DNA of 64,000 nucleotides from an uncultured Patescibacteria group bacterium (GTDB lineage Bacteria; Patescibacteriota; Minisyncoccia; Phycocordibacterales; UBA918), in assembly GCA_934699595.1 (NCBI GenBank), contig CAKUWT010000001.1, positions 135,839-199,838 on the forward strand, given 5' to 3'. Each line of letters opens with the position of its first letter. Position 1 is the first letter of the stretch. This document shows positions 44,867 to 54,641 of this stretch, in pieces. Under the pieces are notes generated by a model, which was given only the letters and a program-made list of their open reading frames with translations, was not told the origin of the DNA and did no database searches. Both the position numbers and the translations under genes were made by a program.

Positions 44867-45292
44867 CTAAATTTTGAACTTGTTGGCCAACCCCCCAATC
44901 AGTGGTAACGGCTTCATTTCTTTTTTAACCACATGCACAATTCCGATGATCGACATTATGATAATCGCCAACATCACAAAAGGAGTGAAGATAAATAGCA
45001 TCCAACCAAATATAGGTACCATCGTGATTACAAACCACGCTAAACTACCAGCCGCCAGGACCAAACCTTGCTTGGTGTGGTACCTCACAAAAGCGTCATC
45101 CTTTTCTACCAATAAAGGAATTAGGACTAGAATTCCTAAGTACGCCAAAATCCCCATCACATTCAGGACATCTTCTTCTTCGTGTTGGGTACTACCGGAA
45201 TCTGCAGTTGTTTCATTTTGCTTAACAGCCACCGTCTCGACATTGGTCTCAACTGCCTCACGTCCAACCTGATCAACGTTATCTTCTGACAT
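44867..45292 (-). CDS. Small membrane protein, DUF4870-like (acidic N-terminus, 2-3 TM helices, HTKQG motif)
   Basis: ILAYLGILVLIPLLVEKDDAFVRYHTKQGLVL resembles DUF4870 family members. The family call is tentative. Confidence 0.45.
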   Translation of the reverse strand: MSEDNVDQVGREAVETNVETVAVKQNETTADSGSTQHEEEDVLNVMGILAYLGILVLIPLLVEKDDAFVRYHTKQGLVLAAGSLAWFVITMVPIFGWMLFIFTPFVMLAIIIMSIIGIVHVVKKEMKPLPLIGGLANKFKI

Positions 45293-45742
45293 ATTTTTTT
45301 GTTAGTCGCCACCATGCCAGCGGCGAGTTAAACTGGTAATTGAATAAATTATAGAACTTTTTAGCCACGATGACAATTGTGGTGCTGTATATTGTAAAGC
45401 TTGAATATGGGCCAGATTAATTTTGTTGTGAACCAGTATCCTATCTCTTAGATCACTCACACAATCAATCATACTCGTAAACTATTTAACATTAATATAT
45501 AAGCATAATCCTAGTTAGTCGTAATGTCTTTTATAAAGGACATTGTTACTTATAAAAGACAAAACATGACTCAAATGTCTTTAAGAAAATTGTACCCGCC
45601 TACATTAATAATTTAGCGACCCGGTTACGATGCTGGGAGGAGATACTACTTAATAGACGATATCTTAATTAATTAATTAATTAGAGATGTTAGCCCGAAT
45701 TCTTATTTTATCTTTTAAGTTTAATCCGCTAAACTAATAGTA

Positions 45743-47542
45743 ATGAGTAAGATCAAAATATCACCACAAAAACTTTCCTTAATCAAACTATTTAACTTTA
45801 CCAAGCTCACACTACTAGGTCTGCTCTGTTCTCTAAGCTTCTTCTCGCTTGGCAGTAACCAGGCTTTGGCCTCAGTCGACAACTTCGTGATTAACGACTA
45901 CCGAATTGACTTTGTTCTTAGTAAAAATGCTGACGATCATTCAGTTCTCAAAACCACAGAGACCATTACCGCCACCTTCCCCGAGACTGACCAGAATCAC
46001 GGCCTGGAACGATGGCTACCACGCCAATACCAAAAGCATTCCACGAACTTAGAGATTATTAGTATCACCGATGCAGACGGCGCTTCGCTTCCCTACCACT
46101 CAGAAAACAATAACTCCTTTCTCCGGCTCCGGGTTGGGGACGCTGATACCTACGTCCATGGCGAGCAGACCTATGTCATCACCTATGAGCAACAAGATGT
46201 GACGCATTACTTTGCAGACACTAACGCTGATGAATTTTACTGGGACACAGTGGGAACAGATTGGCGAGTACCGATTGAGAACCTGCGCGTGACACTCTCA
46301 CTTGAGGATCAGTTGACTACCGCCCTCACTGGAGAAACAAGCTGCTACTTAGGAATACTAGGTAGCAATCAAACCTGCGAATTAATCCGTAGAGATAATC
46401 ATTTCATTGCCACAGCCAAACATCTCCAACCGGGAGAGAATCTTACTTTGGCGATTGGCTTTACCGCACACACCTTTACCCCCTATCAGACCAGCTTAGG
46501 AAAAAAATTATTCACCGCCTGGCTTATTTTACAAGGATTCCTATTGCCAATTTCTATCATTCTACTAATCTGGATTATGATTAGACGTTATGGCACTGTC
46601 AATCGCGTGCGAGAACTATTTCCTGTCGTGACTGAGTTTTTTCCACCACAAAACACGAGCGTATCAGTGACGGCAGGCATCCTGCCTGCTGTCACTTCGG
46701 TTTTTCCAGCGCAGCTGCTTGATCTTGCTGTGCGAGGTTTTTTGCGGATTAACGAAACCAAAGCGGCCAACCACTGGTGGCAAACAGCACAATTTGAAAT
46801 TGAAATTTTGCAAGACCTGAGCCCTCTCAAGCCAGAAGAGCGAGAAATTATTACTGACCTGTATGAAGACGAATCGCCTGTCGTCGGTAGCAGCTTTGCC
46901 ATGAATCAACTGCGGACAAATTTTAAGATCTCCAGCCGTCTCTCTGACAATCCCCAAAAAGTGGAACAACTAATTCGTCACTCTTACCAACTTAGGGCTT
47001 TATCTGCAAACCACCAAAAATCCTATCGTCGCCGAGCCAAAATTATTTTTATTTTTGCGGTCGTCACTTTAAGTCCGATTCTACTTATTCTTAGCCTCAT
47101 CACGCTTGCTATTAGTGGTACTTTTTGGATTCTTACTGATGAAGGGCTCGCGCTCGCTCGCCACCGACAAGGCTTGAGGCAATATATTAAAGTAGCTGAA
47201 GCGGAACGGCTAAGAATGCTACAGAGCCCCGGTGGTGCAGAAAAAGTTCAGATTGATACTAATGATCCCAAGCAAATGCTCAAACTCTACGAACAAAATC
47301 TACCTTATGCAGTGCTGTTTGGAATGGAAAAAGAGTGGAGTAAAGAATTGGCACAATACTATGAAAGAGCGGAGGTGTCGCCAGCCTGGTTTGTGGGTGC
47401 GAATGGCTTAGCTAATTTTAATCCGACCAGCTTCACCACTGCTCTTAGCAGTTTCTCTACCACAAATAGCTCCAGCGGCGGCTCTGGAGGCGGAGGGTCT
47501 TCTGGTGGCGGTGGTGGAGGTGGTGGCGGTGGAGGTTGGTAA
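45743..47542 (+). CDS. DUF2207 domain-containing membrane protein with C-terminal poly-Gly tail
   Basis: Signal plus extracytoplasmic domain, TM helices, and a C-terminal SSGGSGGGGSSGGGGGGGGGGGW typical of DUF2207 proteins. Confidence 0.65.
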   Translation: MSKIKISPQKLSLIKLFNFTKLTLLGLLCSLSFFSLGSNQALASVDNFVINDYRIDFVLSKNADDHSVLKTTETITATFPETDQNHGLERWLPRQYQKHSTNLEIISITDADGASLPYHSENNNSFLRLRVGDADTYVHGEQTYVITYEQQDVTHYFADTNADEFYWDTVGTDWRVPIENLRVTLSLEDQLTTALTGETSCYLGILGSNQTCELIRRDNHFIATAKHLQPGENLTLAIGFTAHTFTPYQTSLGKKLFTAWLILQGFLLPISIILLIWIMIRRYGTVNRVRELFPVVTEFFPPQNTSVSVTAGILPAVTSVFPAQLLDLAVRGFLRINETKAANHWWQTAQFEIEILQDLSPLKPEEREIITDLYEDESPVVGSSFAMNQLRTNFKISSRLSDNPQKVEQLIRHSYQLRALSANHQKSYRRRAKIIFIFAVVTLSPILLILSLITLAISGTFWILTDEGLALARHRQGLRQYIKVAEAERLRMLQSPGGAEKVQIDTNDPKQMLKLYEQNLPYAVLFGMEKEWSKELAQYYERAEVSPAWFVGANGLANFNPTSFTTALSSFSTTNSSSGGSGGGGSSGGGGGGGGGGGW

Positions 47543-47681
47543 TTTGACCAACTCCCAAAGCTACGAAGTTAATTCTTCATACCTATACGGCGACAAAATT
47601 ATCCTTCGTCAGAAATTGACTTATCCCAAACCAAACTTAACGAAAATATATTCTTCGCTATACTGGGTAAAGTCGTAACTT

Positions 47682-48344
47682 ATGAAGCGCCAACAGTATT
47701 CACTGCAGCCAAACTGGTCTAAGATCAAATTGCCCCCGGTTCAGCAACGCTTCTTTTACTCTGCTGACTGCAATCCTTTTGAGGAGATGGTAGCCAAACA
47801 TTTGCGAGACAAGCTAAACGCACAGGATTTTTACCTCTTCAACAACCTCATTCTCCCCTCCTCACACAATGGTTCGAGTGAAATTGATCACGTGGTGGTG
47901 TCTCGGAGCGGTGTGTTTGTTATCGAATCAAAGGACTGGGGAGGTTGGTTATTTGGTGACCGAATAAGTCGTTGCTGGACACTATCTCTCTCAAAGGGTC
48001 CTGGCAAGCGAGCTACCAAACAGGCTGTACTAAATCCCTGGCGACAAAACTATTCCCATATCAAAACTCTTAAAGAGCAGCTACCCTTTTTAGATAAGGT
48101 TTTTTATAATGTGGTAGTTCTTTCAGACAGAGGCGAATTTAAAACTGAACGCCCTGGAGGAATCCTTTATCTTTCAGAATTGGCACAATATATTACCAAT
48201 AAAGAAGAGACGCTCCTGACACGCGGCGAATTCACCATGACAATCGGGCGCCTAGCTTATTTACATCAAGCCGCTGGAATTAAACTTGTCGAACATGTTA
48301 ATAATATTAAAACCTACTTAGAGACAGGCGCTGCAAAGAATTAA
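47682..48344 (+). CDS. NERD (nuclease-related domain) protein
   Basis: EIDHVVVSRSGVFVIESKDWGG is the NERD core motif. Confidence 0.7.
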   Translation: MKRQQYSLQPNWSKIKLPPVQQRFFYSADCNPFEEMVAKHLRDKLNAQDFYLFNNLILPSSHNGSSEIDHVVVSRSGVFVIESKDWGGWLFGDRISRCWTLSLSKGPGKRATKQAVLNPWRQNYSHIKTLKEQLPFLDKVFYNVVVLSDRGEFKTERPGGILYLSELAQYITNKEETLLTRGEFTMTIGRLAYLHQAAGIKLVEHVNNIKTYLETGAAKN

Positions 48345-48386
48345 CCTCTACAAAAGAATCCCTTTTCAGCGAAACACCAAAAAGTT

Positions 48387-48914
48387 TTAACGCAACTTGT
48401 GAATCTTACCAGCAGCACTGACCTGGACTAAGGACGACGGGGCGACACTAGCTGGCACCGTGCCAGCGTCCCAATACACATCTACCTGATCACCAAAATA
48501 TGTCTTAGCCTCCGCGATGGTACGGGCTGGTGACTTGCCCTGCAGATTAGCACTCGGCGCTACTAAGGGACCCGTGTAGCGAAGCAAGGCTTGAAGTTCT
48601 CGATTTTGCGGCACTCGGTAGGCAACAGTGCCATCGTGGTGCTGCAACCAGGCGGGAGCGTGCGGAGAAAATACTACCACGGTTGTAGGTGTCTTGGCGG
48701 CGGCGGAATAGGTCTCCACCAACTCTTGACCATCAAAAGCCTGACTGGCGTCAGCAAGTAAGACAATCAGGGGCTTGCTACGATCGCGACCCTTGACGGT
48801 AAAAATCCGCTCCACCGTCTTTTGTAAATCGGCCCGCCCCAACAAGCCGTAAACCGTGTCGGTACGCACTACCGCTATTCCTCCCTCCTTCAGCACCTTC
48901 ATACTGTCGTTCAT
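48387..48914 (-). CDS. tsaC: L-threonylcarbamoyladenylate synthase (TsaC/YrdC family)
   Basis: VRTDTVYGL, KGRDRSKPL and APSAN motifs. Confidence 0.8.
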   Translation of the reverse strand: MNDSMKVLKEGGIAVVRTDTVYGLLGRADLQKTVERIFTVKGRDRSKPLIVLLADASQAFDGQELVETYSAAAKTPTTVVVFSPHAPAWLQHHDGTVAYRVPQNRELQALLRYTGPLVAPSANLQGKSPARTIAEAKTYFGDQVDVYWDAGTVPASVAPSSLVQVSAAGKIHKLR

Positions 48915-49024
48915 ATTCTATCTACTGTAACGAATATAGCCGTGCGTCGCAAGACGAGCTGTCGGTCTTAACTCTTGCACAAAGTAACTCTGTGCAAGAG
49001 TTCGGGGTTACCCTGGCTAGAGAA

Positions 49025-49068
49025 TGAAATAAAGTGGGCGACGTCTTTGACGTCGCCCGCTTTATTTC
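49025..49068 (-). terminator. Terminator of bcp
   Basis: About a 20-bp stem: GAAATAAAGTGGGCGACGTC-tttg-ACGTCGCCCGCTTTATTTC. Confidence 0.55.
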
Positions 49069-49098
49069 ATTATTTAATTCCACAGCGCTAAGCTTCAA

Positions 49099-49575
49099 CT
49101 ATTCCTTTGCTTCAAACTCAGCTTTAGCCTTAGCTACTGCCTCGAGCAGTTGTTTGGCGTGGGTAGCTGGGTCGACATCTGGGAAAACTGCCGCCACTAC
49201 ACCATCCGGATTAATAATGTAAGAGATACGGTCGGTTTTAGAATTATGCTCCGCATCCTTGTGTACCGCTCCATAGGCAGTAATCATTTCCAGCTCTGGA
49301 TCTGAAAGTAGAATGAATGGAATACCAAACTTGGCGGCAAAGGCCTGGTGCGACTCCACTGAGTCACGACTCACTCCCACTACCGCGATATTATTATTTT
49401 TAAATTCATCGTAATACTTGGTAATTTCTTGCGCTTCTACTGTACAACCTGGAGTATCGTCTTTTGGGTAGAAGTAAATTACCAACCACTGTCCGGCAAA
49501 TTCCTCTAGGGTGCGCAACTTCGGTGTCTGACAAGTCAAAGAAAAACCTGGCGCTTTTTGTCCAATTTCTAACAT
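49099..49575 (-). CDS. bcp: Peroxiredoxin (Bcp / AhpC-TSA family thiol peroxidase)
   Basis: FYPKDDTPGCT is the peroxidatic Cys motif. Confidence 0.85.
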   Translation of the reverse strand: MLEIGQKAPGFSLTCQTPKLRTLEEFAGQWLVIYFYPKDDTPGCTVEAQEITKYYDEFKNNNIAVVGVSRDSVESHQAFAAKFGIPFILLSDPELEMITAYGAVHKDAEHNSKTDRISYIINPDGVVAAVFPDVDPATHAKQLLEAVAKAKAEFEAKE

Positions 49576-49785
49576 ATTTTTACAAATTTAATTAGGATGA
49601 ATAACTACACCATTATAACATATTTACTGCTTACTCATTTTTCACCACCACTTTACAAAACTAGTCCTCCACTGCCAGACAAACTTCGATACTTTTTAAT
49701 GCCTGCTGTGATATGCACAAAAAAGGAAGATAAAAAACCCCGCAGTTTAGCTAAACTGCGGGGATGGATTTTGTTGAAAGAGGGT

Positions 49786-50334
49786 TTACAACAGCGGGAG
49801 TTTTTGGAACTCCTTATTGCCGTCACCAAGGCGACCGGTGCCGATCTTCATAACCTCTATCTGAAAACAGCTGTCAGAGGTCATACCGAAAAAATCGACA
49901 TCATCAGGTCCGAGCAGTACCCGAACTGGTCCCGAAACCCGCAGACGAGACACCCCGTGGACAGCTCCTGTACGCCAGCCAATGTGCCAGTAGGTCACTC
50001 CACCGTTGGCGGGAGCAATAACCACATACCGCTGCCAGCCGCCTCGCGTAAAGGTGAGGTGTCGTCTGAGGCCCGAAAGTCGATAATGACTGATGGCGTG
50101 AGTATCACCAGACAATCGCACCATCATTCCTTGACTGAGGTACTCAGTCTCACTGGGCTGGAGGTGGTGATTATTCCACAAATGAGTCCGTTGAGGACTT
50201 TCATTCAGGAAATTCCAGTTGAGGGTCAGCAAACCTCGCAGCACCATGACTCCCTTCATCACCGGCCACATAAGCAGGTCGGCTATTCGACCGACCAGGC
50301 CCTGCGGACGAACCCGCAGCATTGAAACAAGCAT
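49786..50334 (-). CDS. Hypothetical protein (182 aa)
   Basis: The SD AGGAGGAAAAG sits directly before ATG 50334 and a palindromic hairpin follows the stop. The overlapping plus-strand ORF 49597..50325 is low-complexity with no signals. Confidence 0.5.
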   Translation of the reverse strand: MLVSMLRVRPQGLVGRIADLLMWPVMKGVMVLRGLLTLNWNFLNESPQRTHLWNNHHLQPSETEYLSQGMMVRLSGDTHAISHYRLSGLRRHLTFTRGGWQRYVVIAPANGGVTYWHIGWRTGAVHGVSRLRVSGPVRVLLGPDDVDFFGMTSDSCFQIEVMKIGTGRLGDGNKEFQKLPLL

Positions 50335-50439
50335 CTTTTCCTCCTAATCTGCTCCAAACTATCTACCAGTATTATATCATTTTTTCAATAAAAATCAATA
50401 GTATCAGAACGCTCTCAAGACTGCCGCATATGTCAGTCT

Positions 50440-51261
50440 CTATTTACAGACGTCGCTGGCCCACAGCCCCGCGCCTGTCGCTTGGGCGGTAGCTTCTAAT
50501 TGTTTATACCAAGCCTGTTGCGCATAAGGAGTGCGGTAAGTGTACTCATAAGCGTAGCCTCCTTTCAGCATCATAGCCCCATAGTCTTCTCCATTAGGTA
50601 AAATCACTGAACGCAACCATCGGCCGTAACGATCGCTTTGATCTTGAGAATCGTCGACCTCTAAGAAAACTTTTTGACCCATTAATAACTGCTTAGCAAA
50701 ATTGCTCGCTTCCACACCAAAGCACTCTACTGGCTTACTAGGGTGCACAGTCTCTGGTGTATCAATGCCGATGACGCGCACCGTCTCTTCCATCTCATCA
50801 ATACGTACTTTGAAAGTATCGCCATCAACCACTCTGGTTACTAAATAAGCTTCCCCAAGAGCGCCGCTTGCAGAATCATCTTCCGCTAACACCGCTGCCG
50901 GTACCCAATTTCCATCTCGGTCTAGAACTGTCTTAATCCCGATCTCGCTTTCAGTATCCAAAGACTCAATAGACGCAGTGTTATCCTCGTCGATATGGCG
51001 ACTGCCATTAGCCACTTCTTGATCAGCCTCACTATTGGCAGAATTCTCTTTTATATTCCGATCTACACTAGCTAACTGATTCTCCTGCCACACTTCTTCC
51101 AAAACTTGCCATCGTCCATCAGAGACATCCACTCCAGTGAGAGCCTCAACCCCCAGAATCAATATCACCAAAAAACTCACCAGCAGTAATGATTTCTGGA
51201 CGCCCAATTTTTGAGAAATATTCTTTAACATTTGAGACTTGGCGGAAGTGGGCTTCGACAT
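50440..51261 (-). CDS. Secreted/membrane-anchored thermonuclease (SNase, micrococcal-nuclease-like)
   Basis: VVDGDTFKV...VRVIGIDTPE...RYGRWL...GYAYEY are SNase motifs. The start MSKPTSA at 51261 lies 4 nt after the murF stop and is followed by a TM helix. Confidence 0.75.
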   Translation of the reverse strand: MSKPTSAKSQMLKNISQKLGVQKSLLLVSFLVILILGVEALTGVDVSDGRWQVLEEVWQENQLASVDRNIKENSANSEADQEVANGSRHIDEDNTASIESLDTESEIGIKTVLDRDGNWVPAAVLAEDDSASGALGEAYLVTRVVDGDTFKVRIDEMEETVRVIGIDTPETVHPSKPVECFGVEASNFAKQLLMGQKVFLEVDDSQDQSDRYGRWLRSVILPNGEDYGAMMLKGGYAYEYTYRTPYAQQAWYKQLEATAQATGAGLWASDVCK

Positions 51262-51265
51262 AATC

Positions 51266-52555
51266 CTAGCGTTTTTCCCAGGCTCGTGATTGGCGCACCA
51301 ATAACTCGCTCGCTCGCTCTGGCTCTGCCATAATTTCTTCCACAATCGTTTCGGCACGAATACCCTGAGACGCCTTTATCAGCACCACATCTTTTGGCAG
51401 CAAATAATTCTGCAACTCCTTGCCCGCACGCTCAGCTTCATCATATTGAAAAATGAATTGTTCATTCATACCGTTTTCTAAGGCCTTTTCGGCAATCTTA
51501 CGTGCCCGCACTCCCACGGTGACCAACACCTCACAACACTCTGGTACCAGCACCCCAACTTTCTCATGTTCTTCTGAAGAATACTGTCCTAGCTCTAACA
51601 TATCACCAATGACCGCAATTTTACGTCCTGAGACTTCCAGGTTTTTCAAAGCAATTAGTGCTAACTCCAAAGCGATTGGTGAGGAGTTATAGGTGTCGTC
51701 AATAATGGTAGTGTTTTTAATTCCTGGCAACAGCCGCATTCTGCCCGAAGGTAACTCTAGATCGTCCATCGCGACTGCCACGGTCTTGAGTGAAATACCC
51801 AACTCGGCCGCTACGGCACTGGCGGCTGCTACCGCGTAAGTGACCGGCACTCCCAAGACACCCTTCACCAGAAAAGACTCTTTATCTTCACCGTGCTCAA
51901 TAGCAAACTCCATCCCCACAGGTTGATTATTGTCGTATACCACTTGGTCGGCGCGAGCGGTAAAATCGGTCGGCACTATCCGACTAAAGCCTACCTGGCG
52001 CTGGCGGACATTGGCTAACTGTTTCTGTAAGTTAGTATCATCATGATTGTAAATAAAAGCTCCATCTGGTCGCAAGGCTTTTACCAACTCCATTTTTTCA
52101 GCAATCACCGCTTCAGGCGAAGCAAAATACTCCACATGCACTGGGATATTGGGCAGACGCGTCATCACCACCACGTCTGGGCGCAGCCACTTGGCTAAAC
52201 TTTTCATGTCACCTGGACGATCAACACCTGCCTCCAAAATTAGTACGTCGGGATAATCCCTACTAAAAAGAGCAATCACCATGCCCTCCACAATATTCTT
52301 TAGCCACAAAAATGGATTATCCCAGGCATTATTTAGTCCCAAAACAGATAGAGGAATGCCGATTTCTGAATTATAACTTTTCAAACTTTTCCGAGTTTGT
52401 TTATGTTTAGAAATTGCAGCATAGATTGCATCTTTGGTGGAAGTTTTACCTACACTCCCGGTAACCGCCACAATGAACGGCTTGGTGCGTCGCAAAAGAA
52501 TCCTCGATTCCAAGGTGAGAATGCTAACAACCAAGTGCTTAAAGAGTTTTTTCAT
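51266..52555 (-). CDS. murF: UDP-N-acetylmuramoyl-tripeptide--D-alanyl-D-alanine ligase
   Basis: GSVGKTSTKD P-loop and Mur ligase middle and C-terminal domains. Confidence 0.85.
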   Translation of the reverse strand: MKKLFKHLVVSILTLESRILLRRTKPFIVAVTGSVGKTSTKDAIYAAISKHKQTRKSLKSYNSEIGIPLSVLGLNNAWDNPFLWLKNIVEGMVIALFSRDYPDVLILEAGVDRPGDMKSLAKWLRPDVVVMTRLPNIPVHVEYFASPEAVIAEKMELVKALRPDGAFIYNHDDTNLQKQLANVRQRQVGFSRIVPTDFTARADQVVYDNNQPVGMEFAIEHGEDKESFLVKGVLGVPVTYAVAAASAVAAELGISLKTVAVAMDDLELPSGRMRLLPGIKNTTIIDDTYNSSPIALELALIALKNLEVSGRKIAVIGDMLELGQYSSEEHEKVGVLVPECCEVLVTVGVRARKIAEKALENGMNEQFIFQYDEAERAGKELQNYLLPKDVVLIKASQGIRAETIVEEIMAEPERASELLVRQSRAWEKR

Positions 52556-52569
52556 AACTAGGCAAGATA

Positions 52570-54291
52570 TTAACGGTCAGGAGGAATAGAGTAATAATTG
52601 ATCAAAAATTTAGTTAAGTCCATGAAAGGCTCGGTCAAAGTCTCGGAAGCGTATTGTACCCCCTTCGGCTCTACAGTATACAAGAAAATAATGTATTTGG
52701 GGTCGTAAGCGGGAAAATAGCCGAAAAAAGAATGGAAGTAACGATCGTCATAATACCCACCACCTGGTTTAGCAATCTGCGCAGTACCAGTTTTAGCAGC
52801 GATAGTGTGATTAGGCAAAGCCACACTTCCACCTCGTAAGGCTTTATCCACTACCGTCACCAGCATCCGTGAAATGGTCTCACTGGTTTCATTACTAAAG
52901 ACCTGTTGTCCTTGCGGGTACAAAATGTCTTTGCTTGTACCATCTTCATACTCGATCCGTGAGACTAAGTGCGGTGTCACCAAGTAGCCACCATTCCCTA
53001 GAGCGGCTAATGCTCTGGTGGTGGCAATCGGCGTAGTAGCAATCCCTTGACCGAAAGAGGCGGTGGCATATTCCACTTCCCGCGGCGACTCCAAGTTACT
53101 CACCAATCCCCTGGCTTCACTTGGTAAATCAATACCTGTTTCGCTACCAATTTTCATCCGAGTAAAGTAATCACGAAAACGCTCATGTCCCATTAGCTTA
53201 GTAATATGAGCGACTCCAGTATTCAGAGACTGGTTAAGTACTTCCTGCATATCCACTGTGCCGCGGCCACGGCCGTCATAATTACCAATGGTAAAAGTAT
53301 TGAGAGTCAGAGTACCAGCATCATAGTAAGTAGAGGTTGGTGTCACCACTCCACTATCTAATCCCGCCGCCATCGTCAACGCCTTAATGGTGGAGCCCAT
53401 CTCATAGACGTTTTCTACTAACGGATTTTGAAAGGCCTCAATACTAGCTTGGCTGCGGTCGTTATTATTGTAGGTTGGCACCGCATCAAGCGCCACAATC
53501 TCTCCTGTTTTTGGATCCATAATAATCCCGCCCGTGGATTTGCTCTGGTAATACTCATTAGTTTCTAACAGGACCCGATCTAACATTCTTTGCACCGTGG
53601 GCTCAATAGTGGTGACCACACTGCCACGCTTTTCTTCTTCAGCTCCAGCATTAGTGACTCCAAAATTATTAAAAATCTCCGCAAATAAATTGACACTGGG
53701 GCCGCTCTTTTCCCGACTCAGCACACTATCGTAATAACGTTCAAGACCGTACTTTCCTTTTAACCCGTCTTCTGGATTACTAGTGTGCCCTACAAAACCG
53801 ATTACTTTCGCCCCCACACTTTCGCCTGGATAATAACGCCACTGATTTTTCGAAATAATTACACCATCAACTTTTGCTGAATCAATTTTGTCAGCAACCG
53901 CTTCTGATAAACGCTCTTCTAACACGACATAAGCCCGCTCTTTTTGCGACGCTATATTTTTAAAGGTGATTTCATCAAGCTTAGGCAAAACTGCTTCTGA
54001 CACTACTGCCCAAGCAGCGTCTGCATCGGTCATCATCCGGGGGTTAATAGCCAACAAGTAACCGTAATTTACTGTGGCCGCCGAGACCAATTCGCCATTT
54101 TTGGCTTGCATAAAAATATTCCCTCTCGCATACAGGTCGTTACTTTTTTTAATGTATTGACCCTCTGTTATCTCGGCAAACTCTGCATGTTGAACAATTT
54201 GAATATAATATAAATGCACTAGTAATAAAATACTTAGCAAGAGCACAGCCCCTGTTAGCAGTCTGATACGAGTAATGGCACCTTTTTGCAT
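52570..54291 (-). CDS. ftsI: Penicillin-binding protein 2B / FtsI-like D,D-transpeptidase
   Basis: N-terminal TM, dimerisation domain, and transpeptidase motifs STIK (GSTIKAL), SxN and KTGT (AKTGTA). Confidence 0.85.
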   Translation of the reverse strand: MQKGAITRIRLLTGAVLLLSILLLVHLYYIQIVQHAEFAEITEGQYIKKSNDLYARGNIFMQAKNGELVSAATVNYGYLLAINPRMMTDADAAWAVVSEAVLPKLDEITFKNIASQKERAYVVLEERLSEAVADKIDSAKVDGVIISKNQWRYYPGESVGAKVIGFVGHTSNPEDGLKGKYGLERYYDSVLSREKSGPSVNLFAEIFNNFGVTNAGAEEEKRGSVVTTIEPTVQRMLDRVLLETNEYYQSKSTGGIIMDPKTGEIVALDAVPTYNNNDRSQASIEAFQNPLVENVYEMGSTIKALTMAAGLDSGVVTPTSTYYDAGTLTLNTFTIGNYDGRGRGTVDMQEVLNQSLNTGVAHITKLMGHERFRDYFTRMKIGSETGIDLPSEARGLVSNLESPREVEYATASFGQGIATTPIATTRALAALGNGGYLVTPHLVSRIEYEDGTSKDILYPQGQQVFSNETSETISRMLVTVVDKALRGGSVALPNHTIAAKTGTAQIAKPGGGYYDDRYFHSFFGYFPAYDPKYIIFLYTVEPKGVQYASETLTEPFMDLTKFLINYYSIPPDR

Positions 54292-54301
54292 ACCAGAAGC
54301 A

Positions 54302-54628
54302 TTATAAACTATTGCCAGACAGTACCAAGGTTGGCGCTTGGCGCTTGACGTAAATTTTATGAGCAGTTTCCTCTGCTTGATAAGCCGCTACTTCCACCAT
54401 CTGTTCACTTACCAGATGCTGGGCTTCAAGATAGGCGTTTTCTAGACCAGCGATCTCAGATTCTAGTTTATCCATATCTTGCTGTAAGCTTTGTCGCTCG
54501 GACACATGCATCACTGTGGTACCTACCAGGTACATATACAAAAGACCCAAAGCAAAGATAGCGCCGATGAGAAGATACACGATGGCGGCAGGATTGGTTT
54601 TAGCGACAGTATGAGTGATGGCATTCAT
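54302..54628 (-). CDS. ftsL: Cell division protein FtsL-like (small bitopic membrane protein with coiled coil)
   Basis: Position between rsmH and ftsI. 108 aa with one TM helix and a leucine-zipper-like region. Confidence 0.55.
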   Translation of the reverse strand: MNAITHTVAKTNPAAIVYLLIGAIFALGLLYMYLVGTTVMHVSERQSLQQDMDKLESEIAGLENAYLEAQHLVSEQMVEVAAYQAEETAHKIYVKRQAPTLVLSGNSL

Positions 54629-54641
54629 AGCGATTAATAAT

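Noticed and set aside
45525-45561. 12-bp perfect inverted repeat TGTCTTTTATAA-N13-TTATAAAAGACA upstream of the DUF2207 gene
   Set aside because: AT-rich palindromes arise easily in AT-rich spacers. It is noted as a possible operator only.
47455-47540. GGT/GGC/GGA simple-sequence repeat
   Set aside because: It encodes the C-terminal poly-Gly tail characteristic of DUF2207 proteins. It is not an independent repeat element, although it could be slippage-prone.
49597-50325. 242-aa plus-strand ORF
   Set aside because: S/P/H-rich low-complexity translation with no SD. It runs through a palindromic terminator. The minus-strand ORF has a strong SD and better composition.
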